A DNA stretch of 62,696 nucleotides from an uncultured Bacilli bacterium (GCA_934153655.1 CAKPFH010000001.1:1-62696), one strand, 5' to 3'. Counted from the stretch's first letter, positions 19,824-31,180 are shown. Made by a program: numbers and translations. The notes: generated by a model not told the origin, from the letters alone.

Positions 19824-20834
19824 TTATTTAATTTTTTCATTAGTATCAATATTATAAAATAATCTTATTTGTTTTTCTATTTCATCTCTTAATTTTAAAT
19901 TACTTTTAAGTAAAGCTTTAACATTTTCTTTACCTTGACCAAGTTTTTCACCTTTATAAGAAAACCAAGAACCGGATTTTTCTAAGATGTTAGCATCTAC
20001 TCCTAAATCAATTATCTCACCTTCCTTGCTTACACCTTCTCCATACATGATATCAACAGTTGCAAGCCTAAATGGTGGAGCTATTTTATTTTTAACTACT
20101 TTGATATTTGTTTTATTACCAATGATGCTATCTCCTATTTTAATAGCTTCACTTTTTCTAACATCTAGTCTAATTGATGAATAAAATTTCAAAGCTCTTC
20201 CTCCTGGGGTTGTTTCAGGATTACCAAACATAACTCCTACTTTTTCTCTTAATTGATTAATAAAAATAGCAATTGTCTTGGTTTTATTAATAGTACCAGA
20301 TAGTTTTCTTAAAGCTTGGCTCATAAGTCTTGCCTGAAGTCCAACATGACTATCACCCATTTCTCCATCAATTTCAGCTTGAGGGACAAGAGCTGCAACA
20401 GAATCAATTACTACAATACTAATTGCATCACTTCTAACTAAAGCTTCACATATTTCTAAGGCTTGTTCTCCTGTATCTGGTTGAGCAAGTAATAAATTAT
20501 TAATATCAACACCTAAATTCTTAGCATATATAGGATCTAAGGCATGTTCAGCATCAATAAAAGCTGCTCTTCCTCCTAATTTTTGTACCTCAGCTATAGC
20601 ATGAAGAGCAAACGTTGTTTTACCACTTGATTCTGGTCCAAATATTTCAATAATTCTTCCCTTAGGATAACCTCCTGCTCCAAGAGCTATATCAAGAGAT
20701 AACGATCCACTTGAAACCACTTCAACCTTAGCATGATGATTATCCCCAAGCCTCATAACAGCACCCTTACCAAATTGTTTTTCTAAATCAGCTAAAACAT
20801 TTTCTAAAGTTTTATCAACATCTTTCTTTTCCAT
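19824..20834 (-). CDS. recA: Recombinase RecA
   Basis: GPESSGKTT Walker [11 protein letters not shown] and [10 protein letters not shown] motifs, loop L2 GNPETTPGG. Confidence 0.98.
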   Translation of the reverse strand: MEKKDVDKTLENVLADLEKQFGKGAVMRLGDNHHAKVEVVSSGSLSLDIALGAGGYPKGRIIEIFGPESSGKTTFALHAIAEVQKLGGRAAFIDAEHALDPIYAKNLGVDINNLLLAQPDTGEQALEICEALVRSDAISIVVIDSVAALVPQAEIDGEMGDSHVGLQARLMSQALRKLSGTINKTKTIAIFINQLREKVGVMFGNPETTPGGRALKFYSSIRLDVRKSEAIKIGDSIIGNKTNIKVVKNKIAPPFRLATVDIMYGEGVSKEGEIIDLGVDANILEKSGSWFSYKGEKLGQGKENVKALLKSNLKLRDEIEKQIRLFYNIDTNEKIK

Positions 20835-20859
20835 ATTCCTCCTTATAATTGATAACTTT

Positions 20860-20888
20860 ATTTTAACTTGATATTTTTAAATAATCAA
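20860..20888 (-). promoter_or_regulatory. Putative sigma-A promoter of recA, overlapped by a 7-N11-7 palindrome
   Basis: Minus strand reads TTGATT (20883-20888), a 17-nt spacer, then TAAAAT (20860-20865). The palindrome ACTTGAT-N11-ATCAAGT spans 20866-20890. Confidence 0.4.
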
Positions 20889-21288
20889 GTCATTTTACTA
20901 CTATTTGATTACCAAGATTTACTAATTAAAATTATCAGCAACACATCAACTTTACTAAATAAAGAATATAAAGTCAAAAAGATAAATTTAACTTTTAAAA
21001 AAAATAAGCCTTCAATTTTAATATTTGTCTTAGGAAAAAACCTAAAATTTAACTTAAAACTATTCCAAAAACTTAAAATTGTCCTAAGCAAAAAAAAACA
21101 TTTTAGAAAAAAATATTTAGTAATTTTTTTTAGAAATATTTAAATAATTAGAAAAACTAGAAAAAATTTAATAAATATAATTAAACAAAACCTTAATTTG
21201 CTTTAAATATTTTTTTAAAAAGTAAATTTAATATATTTTTATTTTTTTTAAAATAAGTTATAATTAAGTCATATTGAAAGGAATTAAT

Positions 21289-21855
21289 ATGACTATAGAA
21301 AATAATTGTATAAATGAATTAATTATTAATAAATCTAAGTTTATTACTTATTTATATAAAATTAATAGTAAAGAAGATATTCTAAAAATATTAACTAATT
21401 TAAAACAAGAATATAAAGATGCAACTCATATTGTTTATGCTTATATTTTAGATAATGAAGTTAAATATAATGATGATAATGAACCAAGTGGTACTTCTGG
21501 TTTTCCTATTTTAGAAGTTTTAAAGAAAAACAATTTAAATCATGTTATATGTATTTGTATACGTTATTTTGGTGGTATTAAATTAGGTGCAGGTGGTCTT
21601 ATAAGAGCTTATTCTAATAGTTGTAGTCTAGCCATAAAAAAAACAGTTATTGTTGCTTTAGAAGAAAAATATAAAATTAAAATAACTTTTTCCTATGATT
21701 TAACAAGTAAAATAGATAATTTAATTAATCAAAGTAATATAATAGAAAAAAGTTATCAAGATGATATTACTTACTATTTAATAGTAAATGAAGATATAAA
21801 AGATAAATTAGCTTTAATTACTAAGGTTGAAGTATTAGAAAAAAATTATTTTTAA
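21289..21855 (+). CDS. yigZ: YigZ/IMPACT family protein (UPF0029)
   Basis: KSKFITYL..., DATHIVYAY and DDNEPSGTSGFPIL...RYFGGIKLGAGGLIRAY motifs. The ATG at 21289 has an AAAGGA RBS; the track start is a TTG. Confidence 0.8.
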   Translation: MTIENNCINELIINKSKFITYLYKINSKEDILKILTNLKQEYKDATHIVYAYILDNEVKYNDDNEPSGTSGFPILEVLKKNNLNHVICICIRYFGGIKLGAGGLIRAYSNSCSLAIKKTVIVALEEKYKIKITFSYDLTSKIDNLINQSNIIEKSYQDDITYYLIVNEDIKDKLALITKVEVLEKNYF

Positions 21856-22586
21856 AGAATAAAATGACTTAATAACATAACAATAGTTCCTAGTAATAAA
21901 CCAAGTATTAAGTATTTCTTTTCCCTATATTTAATTGCTTCTTTTAGTATTTCCGTTAAACTTATATTTAACATGATACCTGCTGTTAAACTAAATATAC
22001 AACCTATTATAAAGTTATTAATGTATTTACTTAAAAATGAATAAGCAAGAATAGAACCTAGTAATTCACTTAAACCTGATATTAAAACAATTAGAAAAGT
22101 TTTTGACTTTTTCTTAGTTGCAAAGTATAAAGGAACGGCTATACTTATTCCTTCTGGTATATTATGAAGTCCTATAGCAATTGATAATTTTAAACCTAGA
22201 TTTAAATTAACTTTACTAACCATAAAAGTAATTATTCCTTCTGGTATATTATGTAAAATAATAGCAAGCATAGAAATAATACCAACTCTTTCTAAAGAAT
22301 TATTACTATCTACTTTTAAAGATATATAATAAGATAAAAATATTCCTAAAATTAAAAAGAAAAATAAAATTAAAACTCTATAAAAGAAAACAAATTCAGA
22401 TAAATAGACAAAAGAAGATGGTATTAAATCAGTTAAAGAAATAGTTATCATAACTGAAGTTGCAAAAGAAAGAGAAAAGGTAATTATTTTTTTTATATTA
22501 CATTTTAAATAAATTATAAAATAACCAAGAATAGTTGAAATAGAGGCTATAAAACTTAAAATAAATGGATATAATACTTTATTCAT
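21852..22586 (-). CDS. ZIP family metal (zinc) transporter
   Basis: Polytopic membrane protein with two HNIPEGI motifs, typical of ZupT/ZIP transporters. Confidence 0.8.
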   Translation of the reverse strand: MNKVLYPFILSFIASISTILGYFIIYLKCNIKKIITFSLSFATSVMITISLTDLIPSSFVYLSEFVFFYRVLILFFFLILGIFLSYYISLKVDSNNSLERVGIISMLAIILHNIPEGIITFMVSKVNLNLGLKLSIAIGLHNIPEGISIAVPLYFATKKKSKTFLIVLISGLSELLGSILAYSFLSKYINNFIIGCIFSLTAGIMLNISLTEILKEAIKYREKKYLILGLLLGTIVMLLSHFIL

Positions 22587-22611
22587 ATTAAATAATATGC
22601 AATAGCAATTT

Positions 22612-22642
22612 AAAAAAAATACTAAATTTGAACTTAGTATTT
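22612..22642 (-). terminator. Intrinsic terminator closing the ATPase/giant-protein operon
   Basis: Directly after the TAA at 22643-22645 comes an 8-bp stem AAUACUAA/UUAGUAUU followed by U8. Confidence 0.7.
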
Positions 22643-25600
22643 TTATTCTTTTTCTTTTATAAAATGACCTAATAATAAATTAATTAGAAATAATATAATT
22701 ATAATGATTATTCCATATATAATATTTAAATTAATTTTAGATGGAGTTTCTATTTTTAAAGAATTTTCATATTTTTTATTTAATTGATAATTTTTATAAA
22801 TATTATCATTGATAGATAAATCATTATCGATTATTAAATCATTTTTATTACCTGTTAAATATCCTATATCATATATTTCATATTCTTCTTTTAATGAATC
22901 ATAACTTTCTATACTATCACTAACTTTATCTTGTATTTTTTCTTTAAAAGTTATTATATTCCCGTAAGCATTTGTATATTTTTTAGTAAATGTTTCCTTA
23001 CTTAAAGATTTAAAATTATTTTTTACATAATTTATAACATCAATATATTCTAAGTCATTAACTAATTCAATTCCTATTCGATAGTCAAAACCATATATAC
23101 TTCCATCTAAATATCTTACAAGTATTATTCCACTAGAATTGTTATAATTAGAACTCATTTCTATAATATTATTATTTTTAAATGATGCAGGATACTTAAT
23201 CTCATTTTTTAAATTTAATATTTCATTTTTTTTACTTAAAACTAATAAATAATCTTTATTATTATAACTATCTATTATTAAGCTATCTTTATAGTTATTT
23301 AAAGTACTAGATATCATAGAAAATTTACCATTTTTATAAAATATTTGTTTATTTATTATTTTCTTATCTACTAATGTATAAGTATTAAAAACTTTAATAT
23401 TCATACCATTATAAGTATATTCATCTAAACATACAACTTCTTTTGATTTAGATAAGCTTTCAATATTATTTTCATACTTTTCTAAACTTATTAAATCATA
23501 TATATAGTTATCATTTGTTAAAGCTTTTTTGTTATATAAGTGAATATAATTACCTTTAATTTGTTTTTTATTAACAAATAAATTATTATTTTTTAAATAA
23601 GCATAATTATTATCATATGTTAATAACATTTTTCTTAAATCACTAGATTTATAAGTATATTCTATTTCATTTATTCCATCTTTTATTTTAAAATTAATAT
23701 CACTTTTAAAATCGTAATAGAAAGTCATTGTTTTTTCTGTTAAAGGATATTCTTTATTATTAATTTCTAAGTATAAATAATCATTTATAAGGGAAAAGTC
23801 TATATTAATTTTATTTATATCAACCGGATAAATATTAACATCTGGTAATTTAAAACTTCTAATTCTTGCCATAGTTCTTAAAATAATTTCATTATCTGGT
23901 ATTTTAACAAGTGTTTTGCTTAAATTTTTGAAATAAGGATAATATCCTTCCTTTAAATGGGTTAAATCAAATGAGGATGAACCAAGTCCATGTCTTTTAT
24001 AAAATGCTTCATTCAATAAATCAGTTCTTGTAACAAAATTATTTTCTGCTAAAACAGTATCTTCTGTTACTAATTTGTTATTTAATTTTGATTTATTATA
24101 AATTTTTATATTTTTTAAATTAACTGCATTTAAATCACTATTACCTATAATAATTCCAGAGTTATTAGACTCTTCACTTGTAACATTAGCAATTATTACA
24201 TTATTATTAATATAGTTTGCTTCATTACCAAATTCTTTTTCTATCTTACCAATTAAACCTCCTACATAGTCTTTACCAATTATATTTGCGTTTTGAATTA
24301 TATTACTAAATAATTTAAAAACTCCTGATTCTCCTGAAATCTTGCTATTATCATAATATCCTATTATTCCTCCTACATAAGAGCCGTTTGCAAGTACTGT
24401 TATATTTATTGTATTATAATACATTTCAGCTTTTCCTGAGTTATTAAATTTAGCCCCATAAACACCTCCTACATAATCATGTCCTTTAACAGAGGTATTT
24501 ACAATTTCGCTGGAAATTAAAACTCCATCATATCTTCCAGTAGCACCACCTACATAGTCGTTCCCTTCAACGGTTACATTTACAATACTATTATACGCTT
24601 TTGTTGAAGAATACCCGGATAAACCGCCAATATAATTATGTCCTGTAACTTTTACATCTTTAACAGTACTATGATAAATCCAAGGTGAATTGCCAACCAA
24701 TCCACCAACATAATCACTTCCGCTAATAATAGAGTTATCATATAATTTATTATAATATAAATGATTACTAGCTTGTCCTGAAATACCTCCTACATAACTA
24801 ATACCTGTAATTGTCATCCTACCAGCATTAACATTAGACGCTTCACCATATCCATAAACTCCCCCACAACGAGTTCCATCAATACAATTTACATTTACAT
24901 TATAAGCATCAATTTCAAAATGAAGATTTGTTTCATTATATGTTTTATACCCAATCAAACCACCTGTATAATTTTTCCCTTTAATAGTCATATTTTTAAG
25001 AGTAATATCATTTAAAGCTTCATTAGTTGTTTTTGCTATTAATCCTCCCACATAGTCACCGCCTACAACTTCTATATTATTTAGATTAATATTTTTAGTA
25101 CTTGATGCTGTATTATTTGAAATACTTCCTACATAATTTATATTTTTAGCAATAATTTTATTATTATTAAAATTAATATTTTCAATACTTCCATTGGTTA
25201 TTCCTATTATTCCAAAGCCATTTCCACTACCAGTTGATTCAATATTAAAGTTTTCAAAATTAATATTTTTTAAAGATGTTTTTACTTCTTTTATAAAAAA
25301 TATATTATTTTGATTAGAATTAATATTAACATTTTTTAAAGTATAGCCATCATTGATACCTTCAAGTCTATTTAATATTACATTTGTATTTATATTTACT
25401 TTATCTTTAAAATCAATATCTGCAATTAATCTATAATTTTGAGCAGTTTTTTTATCAATACTTTGCCAATCTTCAAATGACTCTATATCTTTATAAAACT
25501 TTATGTTTAATTTATAATTTATAATATAGGTTTTATTGCTATTTTTTTCTTGATAATTGATTTTACTTAATTTATAACTATCATAGTATTTTTTAGGATT

Positions 25601-28600
25601 TATCAGTATTTCCAAAACCGTTATTCCATTTTCTGTTACATTTTTTCTTATATTAGATATTTCCATATCTTCTATTTCAACACTAGTTATATTTAAATTA
25701 TTTTTATTTTCTATTTTAAACATTACATAAGATTCTTCAAGAGATTGATTAATAACACAATCTATTATTTCAAACTTTGTATCATTAAATTCTATATCTT
25801 TTTGATTAGGTAATAAAGTAGTTGTTTCTTTATAATATAATTTAGGTAGTTTTAAATCAATATTATCATAAGAGAAATCATTACCTAATTTTATTATATT
25901 TTGATAAGTTTCTTTTTCACTTAAATTTTCTTTGGAAAGTAATATTTCACCATTTTTACTATCTGAAATAGTTCCATTTATATGTTGTTTGTTGAAAGCA
26001 TAATTATTAGTATTTAAATATATATTATTACCTATTATTCTTCCTAAATAATTAGTATCAACGCTTGTATACAAGTTACCAATTGATAAAGAATTACTAA
26101 TTGTTTTACTTGAAATATTTCCTGCTATTCCACCGATATAATTAGAAGTTGAATAAATGTCAACTGCACTAATTACTTTATCAATTTTAGTATTTGAATT
26201 TGCTAATCCTACAATTCCACCTACATTAGAGTAATTAGTATTAATTACTCCTAATGCATATGAATTATAAATACCTGTTGAATCTGCAAATCCAACTATT
26301 CCTCCTAAGCCATTTATAGAAGAGACATTATTAACTAAAAAGTCAATATCTGCTACATAGCAATTTGATATAGTTGAAGAACTACTATATCCAATTAAAC
26401 CACCTATATTAGCATTAGTTGAATTTTCATTATTAATAATTTTCATTTTATTAACAGATGAGTTAGTTACAATGGAACTTGGATTTATATATCCTGCTAA
26501 TGCTCCGTTATTATGAGGTCCCAATGTTAAAGTTACATCATTGAAATGAACATTATCAATAACACTTCCTTGATATATACCTGCAATAAAACCATTATTA
26601 TTATTGAATTTTTTATGTGTTATAGTAAAGGAATTAATATTTAGATTTTTAATACTTCCCCTTAATGTACATATAACACCACATGCTGATGATACTGTAA
26701 TGTTTTCTATTTTATGATTATTTCCATCTAATAAACCAGAAAAATTACCTATTACTGCACTATTATCAACATTGTTAAAATCTAAATCTGATTCTAATCG
26801 ATAATTCCAAGTAATATTATTTTTTATATTTTTCCAATCATTTATATTTTCAATTGATTTATACATATTAACATTTAATACTTTTTCATAGTCATCATAT
26901 TTTCTTGTATAACTTATATTAAATACTCCTACTGTTTCTATTTCTTTTATAAAATAAGAAGAAATGTATTTTAAAGGATTAGTTAATTTTAAACTTAAAG
27001 TGGTTAATCCTCTTTCTGTTGTTTGATCAAGTATTTCAACAGTTAAATCTTTAATACCAACTCTCTTAATTGTTTCACTTGAAGGATTATGAACTAATAA
27101 TTTAACAATTGCATAATTTCCATATTCCTTAACTTCTTCTGTTGATAAAATATCCACTAAATCTTCATTTTTAACTTCTGGTAGACTTATATATTCTTGT
27201 TTTGGCATTACATCATTCATTATAACTTGCGGATAATAACCGTATGGAACAAAATCTGAAACATTAAATGCTTTATTTGTATTTAATAACTTATCTTGAA
27301 ATGTTTCGTTTCTAAGTGCTACTTTTGATAATTTTGAAGATTTAGATGTTTGATAAATATTTGGATTAACATAAAATACATTTTTTGTTGAAATATAACT
27401 AATACTACCAAAATTAATATCTCTACTTGTATTTATATTAGTATTTTCAGAATAGGTATATACATTATTAAATATTCCAGAAAAAATTGTTCCCGATATA
27501 TTTCCAGTTGTTCCTGAATCATTTTCTTGTACTACATCTATTAAAGAAAACACATTATCCATATGACTTGAACTACCAGAATAACCAACAATAGCACCTG
27601 TAAAACTTTTAGCATAAAACTTTTTATCACCACTATATAAGTATCCATTTTTAATAAAACCATAATTATATAAACATAATAAACTAGTATAATATTGAGC
27701 ATAAAAATCATCTTTTAAATAAACAACAAAATTTTCAATTGTTCCATAATTTATATTTATCATACTATTATAAGATATATAATCATCTACTTCATCTTCT
27801 ACTGTATAAATAAGATTAGATACAATTCCGTAATTATAATGTACAAGTGGAGTTTTCCATGAAGCAGTTACATTAAAATAGGCATGCAAATCAAGATTTT
27901 TTACAATTGCTGATGAAAGAAGTGTTTGAAACATACGATTATATGTATTACCACTTTGATATACACTATGTCCTTGAAAATCAATTGTTCCTGCATAGGT
28001 ATCAACATATTTATCACTAATTGTTAAATCTAAATCATTAATTACAATATAATTAGCATTTTGATGAATACTAAAAAAATCATCTGGTGTTTTAATCGAT
28101 CTTATCTCATCATCTGTTACTACCTCTATACTATCAAGTTCATAATATCTATCTCTTATTTTTATTAATAATATGAATTTATAAGTTACATTTTTATCAA
28201 GTTCATATTCATTTAAAACTCTATTTATATTAAATTCATTATTTAAACTATAATCATATAATTTTTCTTCTTTATTATTTTTAATTACTTTTATATAATA
28301 TTTATTGTTTTTAATCTCTTTTTTTATATCTTGTAAACTGGTATAAAACTTACCTAAATATTTATCTTTTTCTTTGTAATTTTCATATTTATCTTTATAA
28401 TTATTAATTTCTGCTATATATAAATCTTTTACTTCAATTAAAGTTTTAGTATTATTATTTGCAATTTCATCTATTTGAAATCCAAATAAATAAAAATTAT
28501 TTAAAGTAAATTCATATGTATATTCTTTGTATTCACTTGTTAAATCTAAATTTATTTTTTTATTATTATACCAAAAATAAGATGTTTGATTATTAGAATC

Positions 28601-31099
28601 ACTTGCATATCTTGCTAAAAACCTGACTTTAATTTTTTTATTATTGTATTCTGGTAAATAATATTTATAAAGAGCAGAGCCATTCATAGCAGACATTTTA
28701 ATAGTACTATTATTAATTGTTAAATCATCTAAGGTTGAAGAACCGATTTTAACCCATTTACTTTTATTACTTACATCAAATATATTATTACTTGTTATTT
28801 GACTTAATAAAGATGATAACTCAAGTTTACCTGATATACCTTCATTTGTTATAAATTTGATTTCTTTTATTACTTTACTAGCTTCATATGTTAAATTAGT
28901 ATGACCTATATTATATTCCTCTGCTATAAACATAAAAGTATATTCCATATTTTTATCTAGTTTTTCAATAGTTATTCTTTCATAATCACTATTAATTTTT
29001 ATATCTTTCATCAGTACTAATTTATTAACATTATTTCTAACTTCAAGTATTATCCTATTACTTAAAATAGCATTATCTAAGTCTTTTATATATACATCAA
29101 AGTCTATCATATTACTATTGGTAAATTCATTTATTGTAAATACTTCTGCATCTTTTTTTAAAGTTTTAAATTTTTCTAAATTACTAATAGTATCAATTGT
29201 ATATTCAACATCACCTTGTTTTACAATTGTTTTAATTGAAACATTATATTCTGTATTAGAATCTAAATTATCAAATTCTACTATATTTTCATCTTTAAAA
29301 TTAAGTTTTTTTGTATCATTTAGGTACACTTCAAATTTATCTAAGAGTTCTATTAATCTTGAATCAGTAGCATTTTCATCAATATATACTTCGTATATAG
29401 CTTTATTATTAGTTATCTCTTTTTCTTTAAAATTAAGTCTTATGAAACCCAAAAGTGATATAGACTGGGTACTTATATTTATTTCTTTAAATAAATAATC
29501 TATTCTATTTCCAAATCCATCTAACAAATCGAAATCGCCATATATTTTCACTTTATATATTTCATTTGCTGATAAATTTTTAGATTCTATTGTATTATTA
29601 TTAATTAACCCTTTATCCTTTAAAACACCATTAATATCATATATTTCATATCTAAAATTTTCTATATTAACATCATCTTCATTAATAACTTCTACTCCTA
29701 ATTTAAATCTTGTTATATCAGTATCTATAACATTAATTTTAACCTCAGGTTTTTGTTTTGATGTTTTAATAGTAAATTTATTATTTTTAATTTTTAACTT
29801 ATTTCCTGCCACATCATATATATTAATTTCTCCATTATATTCAGTATTGGATTTTAAATTATTAATAGTTTCATAATTAAATGCTTCTAATTTCTTTAAA
29901 GAAGAAACTAACCTTTGATTTAAATTATATTCGTTTGTTCCTATTTTTATAACTGCTTTTTTAATTCCTTTTAATACTTCATTATTACTATCATTTAACA
30001 ATTTAATATTATTTAAAACAGCTTTATTAGGATAAATATCTGTTATTTTATAAGCAATATCTAATTTATCTAAATTACTCATATCTTTAGTTTTAATTAT
30101 TGTTTCTATAAATGTTTTTTTAATTTGTACACCTTTTTCATTTATATAGGTATAACTACCAATTAATTTAAACTCAGTATCTGGAAGTAATCCAGTTAAT
30201 TCTATTTCATCTGATTGATAAAAAGTTTTTTTTAAATAAATTTCATTTTTATAAATAAGTTCTATTGTTGGATTCTTTTTTATATAAGAATTTTTATCTG
30301 TTATTATTAAATCGCCTTTCATTAAATAAGTATTAGCCTTAATATTTTCAAGTTTAACAATAGGTGTTTCATATTCATTTTTGTTATTATCAGGTATTAT
30401 TATTTCTTCTTCATTTTTGTTATTATCTTCAATTTCCTCTTTTACAAGATTTAATTTTTTAAGTAATTCATAATATTCTATATCATTTTCTATTTTTAAA
30501 ATAGAATTATTACTTATTCCTTCAACAACATCTAATTTTAAAGTATTATTATCTTTATAATAATATTTTATTTTATTTTCAGCAAAGTAAACTATACTAT
30601 ATTTTGGTATTATTTTATTGTTTATAATTTCAATTTCTACATTATTAACATAAACATTATCACTTAATAACAAAAAATAATAATCTTCATTATCAACTTG
30701 TTCATAGTTAACTGTATTATAAATATTTTTGGATGCAACAATCATATTTTTAAAACTATCTTCTAATTTATATTCGCTATTTATTAATTTAACATTATCA
30801 TCTATACTTAATATTTTACTATCGTCAGTAGATATTACTGGATAATTTAATAATATTTCTTTTTTTTCTTTCTCACCAACATAATATTTATCATTTTGTC
30901 TATAAATAAATTCATTTTGTTTAACATTTGTAAGTTCTACTTGCTTTTTAGAATCATCATTTTTTATATTTCTTATTATATTTTCATTTGTTACTATATA
31001 ACCAGTTAATTCTATTTTACCAACATTTCTATATTGTAAAAAACATATATAAAAAATAACTAATAATAATACTACAAAAACACCCATTACTTTTTTCAT
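22643..31099 (-). CDS. Giant (2818 aa) surface protein anchored at both termini, with FN3-like repeats and three GLUG-type beta-helix modules
   Basis: It has an N-terminal TM (VFVVLLLVIFYICFL) and a C-terminal TM (IIYGIIIIIILFLINLLLG). L..NTEY-type FN3 signatures are present. Three modules open with W..I......NYRL..D(L/I)DF...G...G (or IKTPDDFFSI...YIVINDLDL), followed by many (D/N)YVGG(L/I)(I/V)G repeats. Confidence 0.85.
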   Translation of the reverse strand: MKKVMGVFVVLLLVIFYICFLQYRNVGKIELTGYIVTNENIIRNIKNDDSKKQVELTNVKQNEFIYRQNDKYYVGEKEKKEILLNYPVISTDDSKILSIDDNVKLINSEYKLEDSFKNMIVASKNIYNTVNYEQVDNEDYYFLLLSDNVYVNNVEIEIINNKIIPKYSIVYFAENKIKYYYKDNNTLKLDVVEGISNNSILKIENDIEYYELLKKLNLVKEEIEDNNKNEEEIIIPDNNKNEYETPIVKLENIKANTYLMKGDLIITDKNSYIKKNPTIELIYKNEIYLKKTFYQSDEIELTGLLPDTEFKLIGSYTYINEKGVQIKKTFIETIIKTKDMSNLDKLDIAYKITDIYPNKAVLNNIKLLNDSNNEVLKGIKKAVIKIGTNEYNLNQRLVSSLKKLEAFNYETINNLKSNTEYNGEINIYDVAGNKLKIKNNKFTIKTSKQKPEVKINVIDTDITRFKLGVEVINEDDVNIENFRYEIYDINGVLKDKGLINNNTIESKNLSANEIYKVKIYGDFDLLDGFGNRIDYLFKEINISTQSISLLGFIRLNFKEKEITNNKAIYEVYIDENATDSRLIELLDKFEVYLNDTKKLNFKDENIVEFDNLDSNTEYNVSIKTIVKQGDVEYTIDTISNLEKFKTLKKDAEVFTINEFTNSNMIDFDVYIKDLDNAILSNRIILEVRNNVNKLVLMKDIKINSDYERITIEKLDKNMEYTFMFIAEEYNIGHTNLTYEASKVIKEIKFITNEGISGKLELSSLLSQITSNNIFDVSNKSKWVKIGSSTLDDLTINNSTIKMSAMNGSALYKYYLPEYNNKKIKVRFLARYASDSNNQTSYFWYNNKKINLDLTSEYKEYTYEFTLNNFYLFGFQIDEIANNNTKTLIEVKDLYIAEINNYKDKYENYKEKDKYLGKFYTSLQDIKKEIKNNKYYIKVIKNNKEEKLYDYSLNNEFNINRVLNEYELDKNVTYKFILLIKIRDRYYELDSIEVVTDDEIRSIKTPDDFFSIHQNANYIVINDLDLTISDKYVDTYAGTIDFQGHSVYQSGNTYNRMFQTLLSSAIVKNLDLHAYFNVTASWKTPLVHYNYGIVSNLIYTVEDEVDDYISYNSMININYGTIENFVVYLKDDFYAQYYTSLLCLYNYGFIKNGYLYSGDKKFYAKSFTGAIVGYSGSSSHMDNVFSLIDVVQENDSGTTGNISGTIFSGIFNNVYTYSENTNINTSRDINFGSISYISTKNVFYVNPNIYQTSKSSKLSKVALRNETFQDKLLNTNKAFNVSDFVPYGYYPQVIMNDVMPKQEYISLPEVKNEDLVDILSTEEVKEYGNYAIVKLLVHNPSSETIKRVGIKDLTVEILDQTTERGLTTLSLKLTNPLKYISSYFIKEIETVGVFNISYTRKYDDYEKVLNVNMYKSIENINDWKNIKNNITWNYRLESDLDFNNVDNSAVIGNFSGLLDGNNHKIENITVSSACGVICTLRGSIKNLNINSFTITHKKFNNNNGFIAGIYQGSVIDNVHFNDVTLTLGPHNNGALAGYINPSSIVTNSSVNKMKIINNENSTNANIGGLIGYSSSSTISNCYVADIDFLVNNVSSINGLGGIVGFADSTGIYNSYALGVINTNYSNVGGIVGLANSNTKIDKVISAVDIYSTSNYIGGIAGNISSKTISNSLSIGNLYTSVDTNYLGRIIGNNIYLNTNNYAFNKQHINGTISDSKNGEILLSKENLSEKETYQNIIKLGNDFSYDNIDLKLPKLYYKETTTLLPNQKDIEFNDTKFEIIDCVINQSLEESYVMFKIENKNNLNITSVEIEDMEISNIRKNVTENGITVLEILINPKKYYDSYKLSKINYQEKNSNKTYIINYKLNIKFYKDIESFEDWQSIDKKTAQNYRLIADIDFKDKVNINTNVILNRLEGINDGYTLKNVNINSNQNNIFFIKEVKTSLKNINFENFNIESTGSGNGFGIIGITNGSIENINFNNNKIIAKNINYVGSISNNTASSTKNINLNNIEVVGGDYVGGLIAKTTNEALNDITLKNMTIKGKNYTGGLIGYKTYNETNLHFEIDAYNVNVNCIDGTRCGGVYGYGEASNVNAGRMTITGISYVGGISGQASNHLYYNKLYDNSIISGSDYVGGLVGNSPWIYHSTVKDVKVTGHNYIGGLSGYSSTKAYNSIVNVTVEGNDYVGGATGRYDGVLISSEIVNTSVKGHDYVGGVYGAKFNNSGKAEMYYNTINITVLANGSYVGGIIGYYDNSKISGESGVFKLFSNIIQNANIIGKDYVGGLIGKIEKEFGNEANYINNNVIIANVTSEESNNSGIIIGNSDLNAVNLKNIKIYNKSKLNNKLVTEDTVLAENNFVTRTDLLNEAFYKRHGLGSSSFDLTHLKEGYYPYFKNLSKTLVKIPDNEIILRTMARIRSFKLPDVNIYPVDINKINIDFSLINDYLYLEINNKEYPLTEKTMTFYYDFKSDINFKIKDGINEIEYTYKSSDLRKMLLTYDNNYAYLKNNNLFVNKKQIKGNYIHLYNKKALTNDNYIYDLISLEKYENNIESLSKSKEVVCLDEYTYNGMNIKVFNTYTLVDKKIINKQIFYKNGKFSMISSTLNNYKDSLIIDSYNNKDYLLVLSKKNEILNLKNEIKYPASFKNNNIIEMSSNYNNSSGIILVRYLDGSIYGFDYRIGIELVNDLEYIDVINYVKNNFKSLSKETFTKKYTNAYGNIITFKEKIQDKVSDSIESYDSLKEEYEIYDIGYLTGNKNDLIIDNDLSINDNIYKNYQLNKKYENSLKIETPSKINLNIIYGIIIIIILFLINLLLGHFIKEKE

Positions 31100-31180
31100 A
31101 TAACACCTACTTATTATAAAGTAATTGTATCAAATTTTTTATAAAAAGTCTATTCTTTAAAAGAAAAAAATAGGCATAAC

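Noticed and set aside
14007-20184. Plus-strand ORFs 14007-14240 (antisense to yebC) and 19987-20184 (antisense to recA).
   Set aside because: They lie opposite highly conserved genes and are shadow ORFs.
20835-20900. Canonical LexA (Cheo) box upstream of recA.
   Set aside because: No GAAC-N4-GTTC motif was found by eye. Only the different ACTTGAT-N11-ATCAAGT palindrome is present, and it is reported separately at low interest.
20868-21143. Track ORFs 20868-21143 (+) and 20909-21091 (-) in the recA upstream region.
   Set aside because: They are low-complexity K/L/F/N-rich translations of AT-rich intergenic DNA. They overlap each other on opposite strands, have no RBS and resemble no known family.
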